A program made the translations under genes and the position numbers. A stretch of DNA of 64,000 bases from positions 81,073,164 through 81,137,163 of the forward strand of contig NC_057713.1 of NCBI RefSeq assembly GCF_004010195.1, in the 5' to 3' direction. The first letter of the stretch is position 1. The number at the start of each line of letters is the position of its first letter. The notes under the pieces were generated by a model. It was given only the letters and a program-made list of their open reading frames with translations. It made no database searches and was not told the origin of the DNA. The stretch is from Chiloscyllium plagiosum (Eukaryota). Positions 11,233-22,534 of the stretch are shown piece by piece.

Positions 11233-13044
11233 GTCCCTAAAGTATATTGACAAGCAACAGAGAAATTCAGAATAACACCACACAATGACACACAGCAAAG
11301 GGTAGTTTTAACTTGAGCAGCGTGCTTTGGACAAAGAAAGTTGAAGAGCTGAAGGCAGTTCGGAAAACTCAAGTCAATTTTTTTTCTAAACAGGTCCCGA
11401 AAGGGAATGTCTCCACAAAGTATCAGTTCACATTTGCCATCTTCTGGCAAAACATGAGAAATCATTCACAAAGTAATGAAAGAAGCAATGGCTGTGACTG
11501 GATAAAGAAGGAATAATAACTCATCCAAAGCATTGCCAATCAGGGCTTCCACAGGAGCAAAACAAGTGAAATCAGTCCCCAGAGACATTTTTTGACCAAC
11601 TCCAAATAAACTGTTTATTCTCTGTCTGACATAGTCTTGTACTTAAATGCAAAAATTGATCTTGTCCTTAAAAAGATTGGAGACCAGTGTCCTAGGAGGA
11701 AGTCCATTGGGATCCGCGGATTTTTCAGGCCAGAGCTCCAATTATTTACTGAGCAACACTTGCCTGCTGATGTAATTTTTCTAAGTTGAACACCCCTCAA
11801 TCGAAACGATACATGACCTATTACAGTCCTAGCAGCAATTGAGAAGAAAATAGGAGCTTTGAATGTTATTCTTGTCTGCAGAGTACTAATCATGTTAACG
11901 TGTAGGAATTTTATCAGCTTTAGAAGCACAGCAATCATAGCACCTTCACAGCATCGCCATGGACACTGAGGTTTGCCAAAAGATTTGCAAAACATGAACT
12001 AATAATTGCGCATCCTATCTGCGTGCCTCGTGAGTATGAAGTTCCCAGTGCTCTTAACATCAGTTTCTTCTATCGTCTCTTGTCCTTTTTGCAAACCTAT
12101 GATGAGGAAATAAAGTGACAGTTTAAAGCTTCCTTTCCGTTGCAAAGCCATTTCTTCCTCAAACAGAGGTAATTGCAACATGCCAGTGTAAATGCAGACC
12201 GGAAATGTATCAAAATTACTCAATTAAACATACCGAATGTCTTGCATTACTGTACATTCCATGGATGAATAGAATCCTTTGTGAACGTACAAGTCACATA
12301 GTATTGCAATTTGCATCAAAGCAACAAACATAGACAAGCCTCAGAGGCTTAAAGTATTCAATTTCGGTTCTGTTGCTGAAACTAGTTCTGCCTTTAAGGC
12401 AGGGAGAGTAAATTGTAATCAACCTATGTTAAACCAGAAGAATTGATTCTAACAGTTCTGCCCCACAATTACTGAAAGATATAGGAGCGTTGTAAAAATC
12501 ACAATGTTATCATTTCAAGAAAAGAGTGAGTGTTTAAAGAATTCAAAAGTAAATTTATGAAATTTTGACTGTCTCAAGAGACTTACATGTTAAAATTCAT
12601 CAGGTAAGTAAGCTGTCTGCAGTTTAGACAACATTCCAAGATTTGCAACATCACTGCTTGAAAACTTTGTATATACAATGAAGAATCATAAGAGTTCTTT
12701 GTTTCTCATGCTTTCCTGCAAATAGCTGGCTATATCCAAACTTAAATCTGCATCAATTTAGAACTAGCCTAAAGCTAATGTAAACTGCACTTTGGAAGTA
12801 CTTTGTGCTGGAATATTATGAACCATTATGAAACAAAATTTCTGAAAAACAACTTTTCTTTTGGATAGATGAAACAAATGTTTTTGACATCTTTGTGCAG
12901 TGGTTGACACTTCTGGACATCATCCTCAAGGTAATTAGGACCTGTCTGGATACCTTGGATAGAATAAGTAATTGGATTACCTAGAAATATTACAATTAGA
13001 AAGGTTATTTACAGCGGGAAAGCTAATTTCACTAAATAACTTAC

Positions 13045-13350
13045 TATCAGTTCTGAAGAATGAGCACTGGACATGAAATGTTTGTTTTAGAACGCAGGAC
13101 ATGGAACAGTACAGCACAGTACAGGCTCTTCAGACCTCAATGTTGTGCCGGCCTTCTATCCTACTCTAAGATCAGACTAACCTTCATACATTTCATTGTA
13201 CTAGCTTCCATGTGCCTATCCAAGAGTCACTTAAATGTCCCTAAGTGTTTTCTTAATTTTTTTCTCCACAGATGCTGCCAGACCTGCTGAGTTTCACCAG
13301 CAGTTTCTGTCTTTGTTTCAAGTTTCCAGCAACTGTGGTTCTTTGTTTTA
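13045..13350 (+). mobile_element. PLE pLTR (family D, degenerate hammerhead) interrupted by a CR1 3' end (minus, ~13090-13245)
   Basis: ctgaagaatgagcactggacatgaaatgtt...tctccacagatgctgccagacctgctgagtttcaccagc; homologous to 18040-18253. Confidence 0.65.
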
Positions 13351-13570
13351 TAAATAGTTCTGTGGTTATTACAGGAATTGGCGTGTACTAATGGGCAAAG
13401 TGAGCAAACTGTTAACAAATGTTTCTATGCCGAATCCAGGTAATTAAATCCTTTAAAAGTTGGCATTTGCTAGGAAAGGGATTGGTTGTTATAGGGATAT
13501 AGACTGAAAAGTTATTTCAAAAGGCGCAGTTTCTGTGTTGATCCTGAATGGTAGGTAGTTTTGGTTATCA

Positions 13571-13740
13571 GGAGGAGAAAGTGAGGTCTGCAGATGCTGG
13601 CGATCAGAGTTGAGAGTATGTTGCTGGAAATGCACAGCAGGTCAGGCAGCATCTGAGGAGCAGGCTCCAGCCAGAAATGTCGATTCTCCTGCTCCTGGGA
13701 TGCTGCCTGGCCTGCTGTGCTTTTCCAGCAACACACTCTC
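13571..13740 (-). mobile_element. Fold-back mini-PLE (family A), 14-bp TSD
   Basis: Inverted pLTR arms. TSD agttttggttatca at 13557-13570 and 13741-13754. Confidence 0.9.
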
Positions 13741-13754
13741 AGTTTTGGTTATCA

Positions 13755-13860
13755 ACCTATTCAGAAGTAATGACATGTTGTGAGATAGAACAGGTGGGAC
13801 TTGAATGCAGGCCTCCTGGCCCAGAGATGGGGACATTAGCAGTGCAACATAAGAGCCTGC
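13755..13860 (-). mobile_element. Short tRNA-derived SINE
   Basis: Minus strand ggctcttatgttgcactgctaatgtccc...ggcctgcattcaagtcccacctg. Similar copies at ~13945-14040(+), 27225-27318(-), 57400-57485(+) and 57590-57700(+). Confidence 0.6.
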
Positions 13861-14580
13861 TACTGAATGGAGATTTGAGAATGCATGAATAATGTATATT
13901 TAATTAGCTTTGTAACAGTGAGTATCTATTCAAATCCTTGGGGATCTCATGGCACGGTGATAGTATTTCTACTTTTGGTGTAGAAGGCCTGGGATCAGGT
14001 TCCACCTGTTCCACAATTTTCTTATATCACATGTAACAGAGTTTCTTTTAATACTTTTCATTGATACTTCACTAGCTTAAAGATGCACCCAAACAGTTTG
14101 CTGGGCTGAGCGACTATTTCTCATTCTCATTCCTTGCTTTTTCTGTGCTGAGTCAACAATTAAAACATGTGGAGAGGATCTATCATGGAACTCTATAAGG
14201 AAACAAATTCCTGACTAGTCAAAAGCTCATTCATTAGGTACCCCTAGCCAAACTGTTGCAGTACAGTTACAACACTGGTTGAAACTCTTTGCAACCATGT
14301 GAAAAACTACAGCTACATCACATATACAAAAGTAGGACGTACCCAACCCTGCTAATTTGCTGCCCAACTAATCTACCCTCAATAATCAGCAAAGTGATTG
14401 AAGATGTCATGGACAGTTCCATCAAGAGGCACGTACTCAGGAGTAACTAGCCAATTGATAGTCTGTATTCTGCTAGGACTTCTTACCTCCTAAACTCTTT
14501 CCAGACTTGATGCAATCATGGACAAAGAGCAAAATTCAAAGTGGAGATGAGAGAGACTGCCCTTGATGCTGAGGCAGCAT

Positions 14581-14654
14581 TTGACTGAGTGTGGCATCAA
14601 GTGGCCCGAACAAAACTTTGACTGAGTGTGGCATCAAGTGGCCCGAACAAAACT
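14581..14654. repeat. Perfect 37-bp tandem duplication
   Basis: ttgactgagtgtggcatcaagtggcccgaacaaaact x2. Confidence 0.95.
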
Positions 14655-15171
14655 TATCAATGATAATTAGGGAGCAGCCTCTCCACTGACTGGAGTCAAG
14701 CTATTACACAGGGCAACGGCTGTGGTTGGAGGTCGATCTTCTCAGTCCTATGACTTCTCTGCAGAACGTCCTCAAGGTAGAGTCTGTGGCCCAACCATCT
14801 TCAGCCACTTCATCAATGACATCTCCTCTTTATGATCCCCTCCCTCATAACGTCAGAAGTGGGGATGTTTGCTGATTATTGCAAAACATTAAGCACCATT
14901 CATGACTTCTCAGATACTGAGGTAGTCCCTGTTCATATGCAACAGGATCTGGACATTATCTAGGTTGGATGAAAAGTGCAAGTAACATCTATGCTGCACA
15001 AGTGCCAGTCAATGACTCCAGCAAAAGAGAATCTAACCATTTCTCCTTGATGTTCATTGTCATTATTATCAATGAATCTCCTACCGTGAAGATCTTGAAG
15101 TTTACCGTTGACCAGAAACTAATCTTTATTAACTGTATAAATATCGTGGCTATGATAGCAGGTCAACAGAT

Positions 15172-15260
15172 GTGTCAAGTAATGCGGTGTCAAGTAACAC
15201 GGTGTCAAGTAACACGGTGTCAAGTAACACGGTGTCAAGTAACACGGTGTCAAGTAACAC
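15172..15260. repeat. 15-bp minisatellite, ~6 copies
   Basis: (gtgtcaagtaacacg)n; gives the CQVTR repeats in the ORF track. Confidence 0.95.
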
Positions 15261-15689
15261 ATCAACATATTCCCCAATGCCCATTCACAATCTACAGGTC
15301 ACAAGTTAGAAGTGTGATGGAATACTCCCCATTCACAGATAAGTACAGCTTCATCTACAATCAAGAAGCTCAACACCACTGAGAAGAAAGCAGCCCACTT
15401 GACTGGCACTCCATCCATCACTTTCAGCAATCACTGTCTACAACAATAATACATAGTAGCTGCAATGTGTATAATCTACAAGATGCATAACAGCAATTCA
15501 CGAAAACATCTTTGATTACACATTCCAAATATTTACTATTTAGAAGGACAATGGCAGCAGATGAATGGGAACACTTCAAAGTCACACACCATCCTGACAA
15601 ATCACTGGTCCTTCGCTGTCGCTTAGTCAAAATCCTGAAATTCCTTTTCTAATTGTTTTGTAGGTGTATCTACATCAGAAGGACTGGCT

Positions 15690-16262
15690 GTGTCAGCATT
15701 TAGTGCCCATCCCAAATTACCCTGGAGAAAGTGGTGGTGAGCTGCTTTCTTGAAGCATAGCAGTCTTTGGATTGTGTTGTCTGAAGCAGTGTTTATAAAA
15801 AGTACAATTCCATGAGTATGATCTTATCAGGCTGTTCCTTGACTAGACAGTGAGACAGCTGTCCCGTTTCGGCCAGTACCCAAGAGGTTTTCAAAGGTCA
15901 ATGGGATTGGAATTGTCATGTAATTTCTGGTGCACAAGTCACTGCAGAATGGTCCATCCAGTTTCAGTTATCCATTAGTTTCCATTTCAGAGGGAAATTA
16001 AAAATCAATCACAATGCTGTGTGTCTGGAGTCACATATAGGCCAGACCCAGTCCAGGTGGAGGATGACAGATATTCTTCCCTAGAGGGAACCAGATGGGT
16101 TCTTATGACAATGACAGTAGTTGAATGGTTACCATGTGATCAGAATTTAATTCCAAATTTTAATCAAAGTCAAATTTGACCATCTGCAATAGTGAAATTT
16201 GAATATTAGGCTAGGGCTCTGATGGCTAGTCCAGTGACATTACCACTGCACCATCACCAGCC
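15690..16262 (-). mobile_element. tRNA-derived SINE sharing its 3' end with the second LINE family
   Basis: Minus-strand head ggtgatggtgcagtggtaatgtcactggactag and tail gggatgggcactaaatgctg. A related plus-strand copy lies at ~57960-58230. Confidence 0.6.
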
Positions 16263-16490
16263 CCTTCACACATCATTCAGAATGCGAATATAACAACATA
16301 CCTTCTCCCTCAAAGACACAGAGACAAGCAGATATATTTTCGAGATGACGTTTGTTAGTTTATTAATGGAATGTCAAGAAAATGTATTGGTTTTAAATTA
16401 TTCCTCTTAGAAGGACTGATGACAAACCCGACTGAGTTCTCTTTTAGGGTTTTTTAGAAGATGAATGGAGATGAGGAGTCTGGGTTTTCA

Positions 16491-16644
16491 TGAACTAGGC
16501 AGAAGTGGGTACTGCAGATGCTGTAGATTAAAGATTAGAGTGGTGCTGGAAAACCACAGCAGGTCAGGCAGCATCCGAGGAGCAGGAAAATCGACGTTTT
16601 GGGCAAAAGCCTGATGAAGGCTTTTCCAGCACTACTCTAATCTT
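16491..16644 (-). mobile_element. Fold-back mini-PLE (family A variant), 15-bp TSD
   Basis: TSD gagtctgggttttca at 16476-16490 and 16645-16659. Turn-around at cctgatgaagg (hammerhead core). Confidence 0.88.
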
Positions 16645-17151
16645 GAGTCTGGGTTTTCAAATGAAGCTACAGTTGCACTTATGTAGACAAAGAGACAAAC
16701 TTTTGTTGTAGTTGGGAATAAAGTAGTCCCTCTTTGAATGCTTGGTTGACTGGTTGTTAGGCTGGGATCTGTCTTGTTGGTGGAATGGTTCTTTTGTACT
16801 GACCTCACCTCTGGCTCTAAGTTTTGTTACTTGATGCCAGTTTTGATCATGTGACCACATGACCAGGATTCGATTGTCAACAAAATTATTCCAGGTTAGA
16901 AGTCATGGCTACACAATGTTTGCCTGTTTGCCTGATAACTGTTCACAGCACTAATGATAAACTCTTTTCTCCGCAAGTCTCTTTACTAAGTTTTTTCCTT
17001 GCACATACTGAATCTGGAAGGGAAATCTTTCAATTTAGGTTTTGGTAAACATCAAACCAATGGGAGCTGTAAATTCAGAAATAGATTCTTATTCAATTTA
17101 CCTGTCCAAGGTAGTGTACAACAGATCTTTACATGTTACTGACCTCCCAGA

Positions 17152-17900
17152 AGCATAGAGTCATAAGGTCATACAGCACAGAAACAGGCCCTTTGCTCCA
17201 ACCAGTTTATGCCGAACGTAATGCCAACTTAAACTAATCCCACCTGCCTGTTCCTGGCCTGCATTCCTCCAAGGAGAAAGTGAGGTCTGCAGATGCTGGA
17301 GATCAGAGCTGAAAATGTGTTGCTGGAAAAGCGCAGCAGGTCAGGCAGCAACAAAGGAGCAGGAGAATCGACGTTTCGGGCATAAGCCCTTCTTCAAGAT
17401 TCTCCTGTTCCCTGGATGCTGCCTGACCTGCTGCGCTTTTCCAGCAACACATTTTCACCACATTCCTCCAAACCTTTCCTATTCATGTATCTATCTAAAT
17501 GTCTTTCAAATGTACCCACATCCATCACTTTCTCAGGAAGTTCATTCCACCTGCAAACCACCCTCTGTGTAAAACATTTTGTCATTTTTAAAATCTCTCT
17601 CCTCACACCTTAAAAATGTGCCGACTAGTCTTTAAATCTCCTATCCTAGGGAAAAGACAACTACCATTAACTTTATCTATATCTCTCATTATTTTATGAA
17701 TGTCCATCAGATCACCTCTCAATCTCCCACACTCTAGTGAGAAAGGTCCCAGCATATCTAGCTATTCTTTAAAACTTAAACCTTCCATACATGGCAACAT
17801 CCTGGAAAATTCCTTCCGAACCCTCTCCAGTTTGATAATATCCTTCCTGTAACTGGGTAACCAGAACTGGACACAGTATTCCTGAAGTGGTCACCCCAAC
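17152..17900 (-). mobile_element. CR1 LINE 3' end, interrupted by a mini-PLE
   Basis: ORF 17394-17606 (FTQRVVCRWNELPEKVMDVGTFERHLDRYMNRKGLE) is the CR1 ORF2 C-terminus. Confidence 0.85.
17273..17457 (-). mobile_element. Fold-back mini-PLE (family A) with chimeric arms, 11-bp TSD
   Basis: TSD cattcctccaa at 17262-17272 and 17461-17471. Inverted arms meet at ~17397/17398. Confidence 0.9.
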
Positions 17901-18039
17901 CTTCGGCAGCCATCTCTCTTGCCACATTTTATTTATGTTTTTTTAAAGGCACAATTTAATCTCAAAGAATCCACTTGAATAAAGTCCAAATCTTAAAAAG
18001 TAGAAATAGTATATTTTACTGAGCTTGAAACTATCTCTA

Positions 18040-18253
18040 AAGAACTGCAGGTGCTGGAGATCTGAACAAAAACAGAAACTGCTGGCGAAACTCAGCAGGT
18101 CTGGCAGCAACTGTAGGAATAAAGCAGAGTTAACGTTTTGAGTCTGGTAACTGTTCAGAACTGACATCAAGTCACCAGATTTGAAAAATTAATTCTGCTT
18201 TCTTCTCACAGATGCTGTTAGACCTGCTGAGTTTCACTAGGGATTTTTGTTTG
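18040..18253 (-). mobile_element. Fold-back mini-PLE (family D), older, 14-bp degenerate TSD
   Basis: Inverted arms (aaactcagcaggtctggcagc / gatgctgttagacctgctgagttt). TSD tgaaacta(t/c)ct(c/t)ta at 18026-18039 and 18254-18267. Confidence 0.8.
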
Positions 18254-18381
18254 TGAAACTACCTTTAGTTAACAGCAATGAAATGGGAGAATAGTTAAAA
18301 TGAAGTGGTGTAATTTTCCATCATATTCCTGCTGCTCTGTTAGGATGTCGATTTTGCAAGATTAGTAGAAAAGGGGAGAAA

Positions 18382-18620
18382 GACTAGCGTTTATATTGTA
18401 CTTTTTATGACCACTGGACGCTATAAACCACTTTACAGCCAATGAATTTTTTTTGTACTTTAGCCGCTGGAAGGTGGGAAATGCAACAACCATTTGGTAC
18501 GGCAAACAATGAAACATTTTTAACAGTCAATTTTTGTGATGTCGATTGAGGATATATTTTGGCCAATGCACTTTGGGTAGCTGCTGTTCTGTAAATGGCA
18601 TGCCCATGATACTCTGGTTT
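18382..18620 (-). mobile_element. DeuSINE (SacSINE1/AmnSINE1-like) fragment
   Basis: aagactagcgtttatattg...cactttacagccaatgaa...gggaaatgcaacaaccatttg...gatgtcgattgaggatatattttggcc resembles the Deu-domain SINE 3' half (from recall). Confidence 0.55.
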
Positions 18621-20072
18621 AAATTAAACCTGCTCTTGAGCAGGGTGCCCAGCACAGCAAGCTTTGACAGTTGAACCTATTTGAAAGTCAGTGAGGCTTG
18701 TTATGGGAAGTTTTTTTATTTAAAAAGCTTTTCTTATTGGAGTTCAGAGCTGGAGTACCTACTGCTGCACCCTTTCCCCTTCCAGGCCTCAAGTGGCTTG
18801 CTCCAGACCTTTCCCACCATTACACTTCTGCAAGCTGCAAACATTGCTCAAGACTGAGATGCCTGATATGCTGCCAGCCTCCTGCTAAAATCTGACATTT
18901 ATAATGATCTACATTATGATAATTGCAGAAATGGCGCTGTATAAAGACCTATTAATGGGTGGGTTTCCAGATTCACTTGGCCAGTTACATCTGGAAACCT
19001 ATTTACATCACTCTGTAAAGAGAGTGTTATTATTTGTGCCCTTGGATAGCGAGAAACTATAGAACATTGATTTTCACAAACTCTGGAATTTCTTGTTATC
19101 TGAACCCTTAAAGATGCTCAGCAACTTTCCTTACTGGTTACAAACAAATTAAATGTCCTTTCCAGAACTGTAGCTTTTTATAATATTAGAGGGTACATTT
19201 TGAGTAAACATTGGTTTAAAATTCTTTTAAAATCAAAGTATAAAATTTTACATGGATGCCTTTTATTTTCACATAGCCTTGATATTTTCTTCCAAACGCT
19301 TGACATCTTTGAAGAACCCACACTGAGACAGTAATAAAATGTAGTTTGGAACAAAAGTAAATCATGCTGGTTTGTGTTGCCACAGGCTCATGGCTCTGGT
19401 TCCATCCTGCACATTGGAGAAGTGGTTCTCTTTATCTTTGTTGCTAGCATGTGGCCAGTAATAGTTTCCCTGACGCAGAGTGACTTCTGTCTGACTTTGG
19501 TAAGATTATTTTCCTTACACCATTGTACACATTATAGTTCACTGTCACTGATACAGACGATTCCTTCATTCTTCACAGTTTGTGCACATGACTGTACAAT
19601 GTACATTGATCATTGTACATCAATGTTACGCACAGTCATCTCATTATCAGAATATTGTCATTGCACTACACAGTTTAGATACATAAATTCACAAGAAATT
19701 TTGATTACTGGCATTATGTTTTAAAGACAGTGAGGGGTCTTTCTAGCTTTTAGTTGAAAGTTGGGGATAAATTTAACTTTCAGTATTGGATGGAAAAGGA
19801 AATCTTAGATCAGTCTCACTGGATCAGCTTTTCCTTCCCATTTACATTTGTAGTGTATTAACATAGTAACTTCTGAGCCTGAGACTGTATGTGTCTCATT
19901 GATTTGGAAGTTAGTTGAATGGTCTGAGGCTGCATAATGCAAGATAAAGCAATGGTGAAGAATATTAATAAAGAGGGGTTTTATGTATGCTGTAAGAGTT
20001 AGATAATTGCAGAGTAATGAGGCATCAACAAGATATATAATAATGATGTGTGTGATGTCACATAATTATGCA

Positions 20073-20856
20073 CTTCTTCAGGAATGAGGAGGGTGTGCCA
20101 AGCAGGCTAAGATAAAAGATAGGGAGGAGGGACTTGGGGGAGGGGCATTGGGAATGCGATAGGTGGAAGGAGGTTAAGGTGAGGGTGATAGGCCAGAGAG
20201 GGGTTGGGGACGGAGAGGTCAGAAAGAAGATTGCAGGTCAAGAAGGCTGTGCTGAGTCCGAGGGTTGGGACTGAGAAAAGGTGGGGGTAGGGGAAATGAG
20301 GAAGGTGAAGAAATCTGCATTCATCCCTTGTGGTTGGGGGGTTCCTAAGCGGAAGATGAGGCGCTCTTCCTCTCGGCGTCGTGTTGCCATGGTCTGGCAA
20401 TGGAGGAGGCCAAGGACCTGCATGTCCTTGGCGGAGTGGGAGGGGGAGTTAAAGTGTTCAGCCATGGGGCGGTTGGGTTGGTTGGTGCGGGTGTCCCAGA
20501 GGTGTTCTCTGAAACCCCTTGTGGTTGGAGGGTTCCTAGGCGGAAGATGAGGCGCTCTTCCTGCAGGCATCGTGTTGCCATGGTCTGGCGACGGAGGAGG
20601 TCAAGGATCTGCATGTCCTTGGTGGAGTGGGAGGGGGAGTTAAAGTGTTCAGCCACGGAGCGGTTGGGTTGGTTGGGACGTTTCAGAGAACACCTCTGGG
20701 ACACCCGCATCTGACCTCTCCCTCCTCATTCCTGAAGAAGGGCTTATGCCCGAAACGTTGATTCTCCTGCTCCTTTGATGCTGCCTGACCTGTTGCACTT
20801 TTCCAGCAACACATTTTTCAGCTCTGATCTCCGGCATCTGCAGTCCTCACTTTCTC
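20073..20856. mobile_element. Rearranged Penelope-like insertion (family A): inverted and duplicated GIY-YIG C-terminus plus sense pLTR and tail; 14-bp TSD
   Basis: ORFs with FREHLWDTRTNQPNRP.AEHFNSPSH...EEERLIFRLGT.QPQG. TSD cacataattatgca at 20059-20072 and 20857-20870. Confidence 0.92.
20728..20763 (+). ncRNA. Minimal hammerhead ribozyme motif (PLE family A)
   Basis: CUGAAGA (20732-38), A, stem II GGGC-UUAU-GCCC, GAAACGUU (palindromic ACGU stem III, GUU triplet). Confidence 0.8.
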
Positions 20857-21029
20857 CACATAATTATGCAGAGTGATTTGGAAGAAGACAGAAACTCTAC
20901 CAGTCTGTGAGAATGTGTTTATGTACTCTGCTGTAAAGAAAGAGTTTTGAGGAAAGTACCTTGAACCCATGAGCAGTACCTGGAAGACCAAAGCTGCTTA
21001 GACCCCATACACATGACAAACTAGGAATA

Positions 21030-21280
21030 AGCACTAAATATATTCAAGAACGAGACAGATACATTTTTAGATTTTAAGGACATGAACGGGTATGGGGAGA
21101 AAGCAGGAAAATGGCATTGAGATAGAGGTTCACCCTGAGTAAATTTAAATAAGTATATGGTCATGCAGGCTGCTTATGATGAAGGTCACTGCCAGCATCT
21201 GTTTTAAATAGAGAAAACGTGATCATATTTAAGGACTGAATGGTCTATTCTGGCTCCTATTTTCTATGTTCCTATGTTCC
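21030..21280 (+). mobile_element. CR1 3' end fragment
   Basis: atattcaagaacgagacagatacatttttag...ggactgaatggtctattctggctcctattttctatgttcctatgtt. Confidence 0.65.
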
Positions 21281-21329
21281 AGATCACTAGGATTGCTGAG
21301 CAACTAGTTAATTCCTCAATTCGTTGCTG

Positions 21330-22180
21330 CAAGGCATTGAGGTGTTCTTCCTCCTTCTGTTGCTTTCTTGTCTTTACCCTGATAATCCTCATTAATATGA
21401 ATTGCTGCTTCTACTGTCCCACATTCACATCTCCTTATTGAACCAGGTGATACAGGATGTAGCACATAGCAACGTTGCAAAAGACTCCTTATTGACATAT
21501 TGTAGTAATCCCTCAGACCAGCTGGACCTTTTCTGCAGTAGTCCTATCATGTCCTAAACATCCCAATGTTCACCCAAGTTTTGTTACCCTGCGTTACTCT
21601 GAATGATGGGGCTCCAGTCTGTTTGAGCCTCATGTGTAACATGGAATCATGTCCCTCAGTTGCTATCATGCCACATTTCTAGAGTAGATTCATATTGATG
21701 TACAATTGGTAATTGCAGGATAAAGGACCTGTGGCTGTCCCTGGTCACCTTGAACAAGTTTGCGTGATCCAGCTTCTGTGCTCATACATTATTTAGACAA
21801 TAATTAAATGGCCACAGCTATTGGAAGTGTTTTCTGGCTTGTGTTCTGATGCTCTGATGCTAATGTGAGCATCATCACTGATGCCCCAGTTGAGGGCCAG
21901 TCACTTCTGCATATTCCTGAATGTTTTCATGTTAGCTGTCAGTGTCAATGGAGAAAGTGATGTGTCAAACCCTTTGGTTATCTGTTTCATATAGCTGCGT
22001 ACGGCAGACTGGGAGATGTGAAAAATATTCTTTGTCGTGGACAGAAAGGAGCCACTGACAAAGAAGTTAAATATAATGTTGACCTCAGCAAGTGCTACGG
22101 CATGGCCTCTTGATCCTGCAGATATCAGGTCCCACAGTTGCAGAGTTAGATTGTGTGATACAAGGTTTGTAATATATTAT
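21330..22180 (-). pseudogene. PIF/Harbinger DDE transposase remnant (HARBI1-like)
   Basis: Minus-strand translation of ~22110-21965, RGHAVALAEVNIIFNFFVSGSFLSTTKNIFHISQSAVRSYMKQITKGF, matches the Harbinger motif LNFFASGSFQ...ISQS.V...I.QVT. Downstream sequence is decayed. Confidence 0.7.
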
Positions 22181-22534
22181 CATTTGCAAATTTGGATTTT
22201 AAACTAGAGGTAAATAGATTAATGGCTTCAGTTCTGTGAGGATAACTGTTTGTTATTTTAAGAGGTCATAAAGTCATTTGAAATGATGAACTAAATATAT
22301 CATTTTCAAGAAGCCATGTCACCTAACTCCACATAAGATACCTGTGGAGTTAATGATAATGTGTTTATGATGCTGAGTCTTGTAACACACAACGCAAAAT
22401 GGGCAAGAATCACTTGTAGTTTGAGTTCAGTTCAGAAGGTTCAGGTTTCAATTCAGAGAAATAATTTCATAGCAACACAAGGGCAGTTTGCTGGTTGCAG
22501 AATCCAGGTCAAGATAGTTTGTAGACTTTTCCAC

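Larger units (their letters stand above)
14290..15690 (+). mobile_element. CR1/L2-superfamily LINE (second family), RT and 3' region, decayed
   Basis: RT-like segments (gtcctcaaggtagagtctgtggcccaaccatcttcagccacttcatcaatgac = VPQG..LGP..F..FIND; atgtttgctgat) and TIYRSQVRSVMEYS in ORF 14969-15382. Confidence 0.8.

Noticed and set aside
15172-15260. CRISPR-like array or CQVTR repeat protein
   Set aside because: Head-to-tail units with no spacers, in vertebrate DNA inside a decayed LINE. It is a simple minisatellite.
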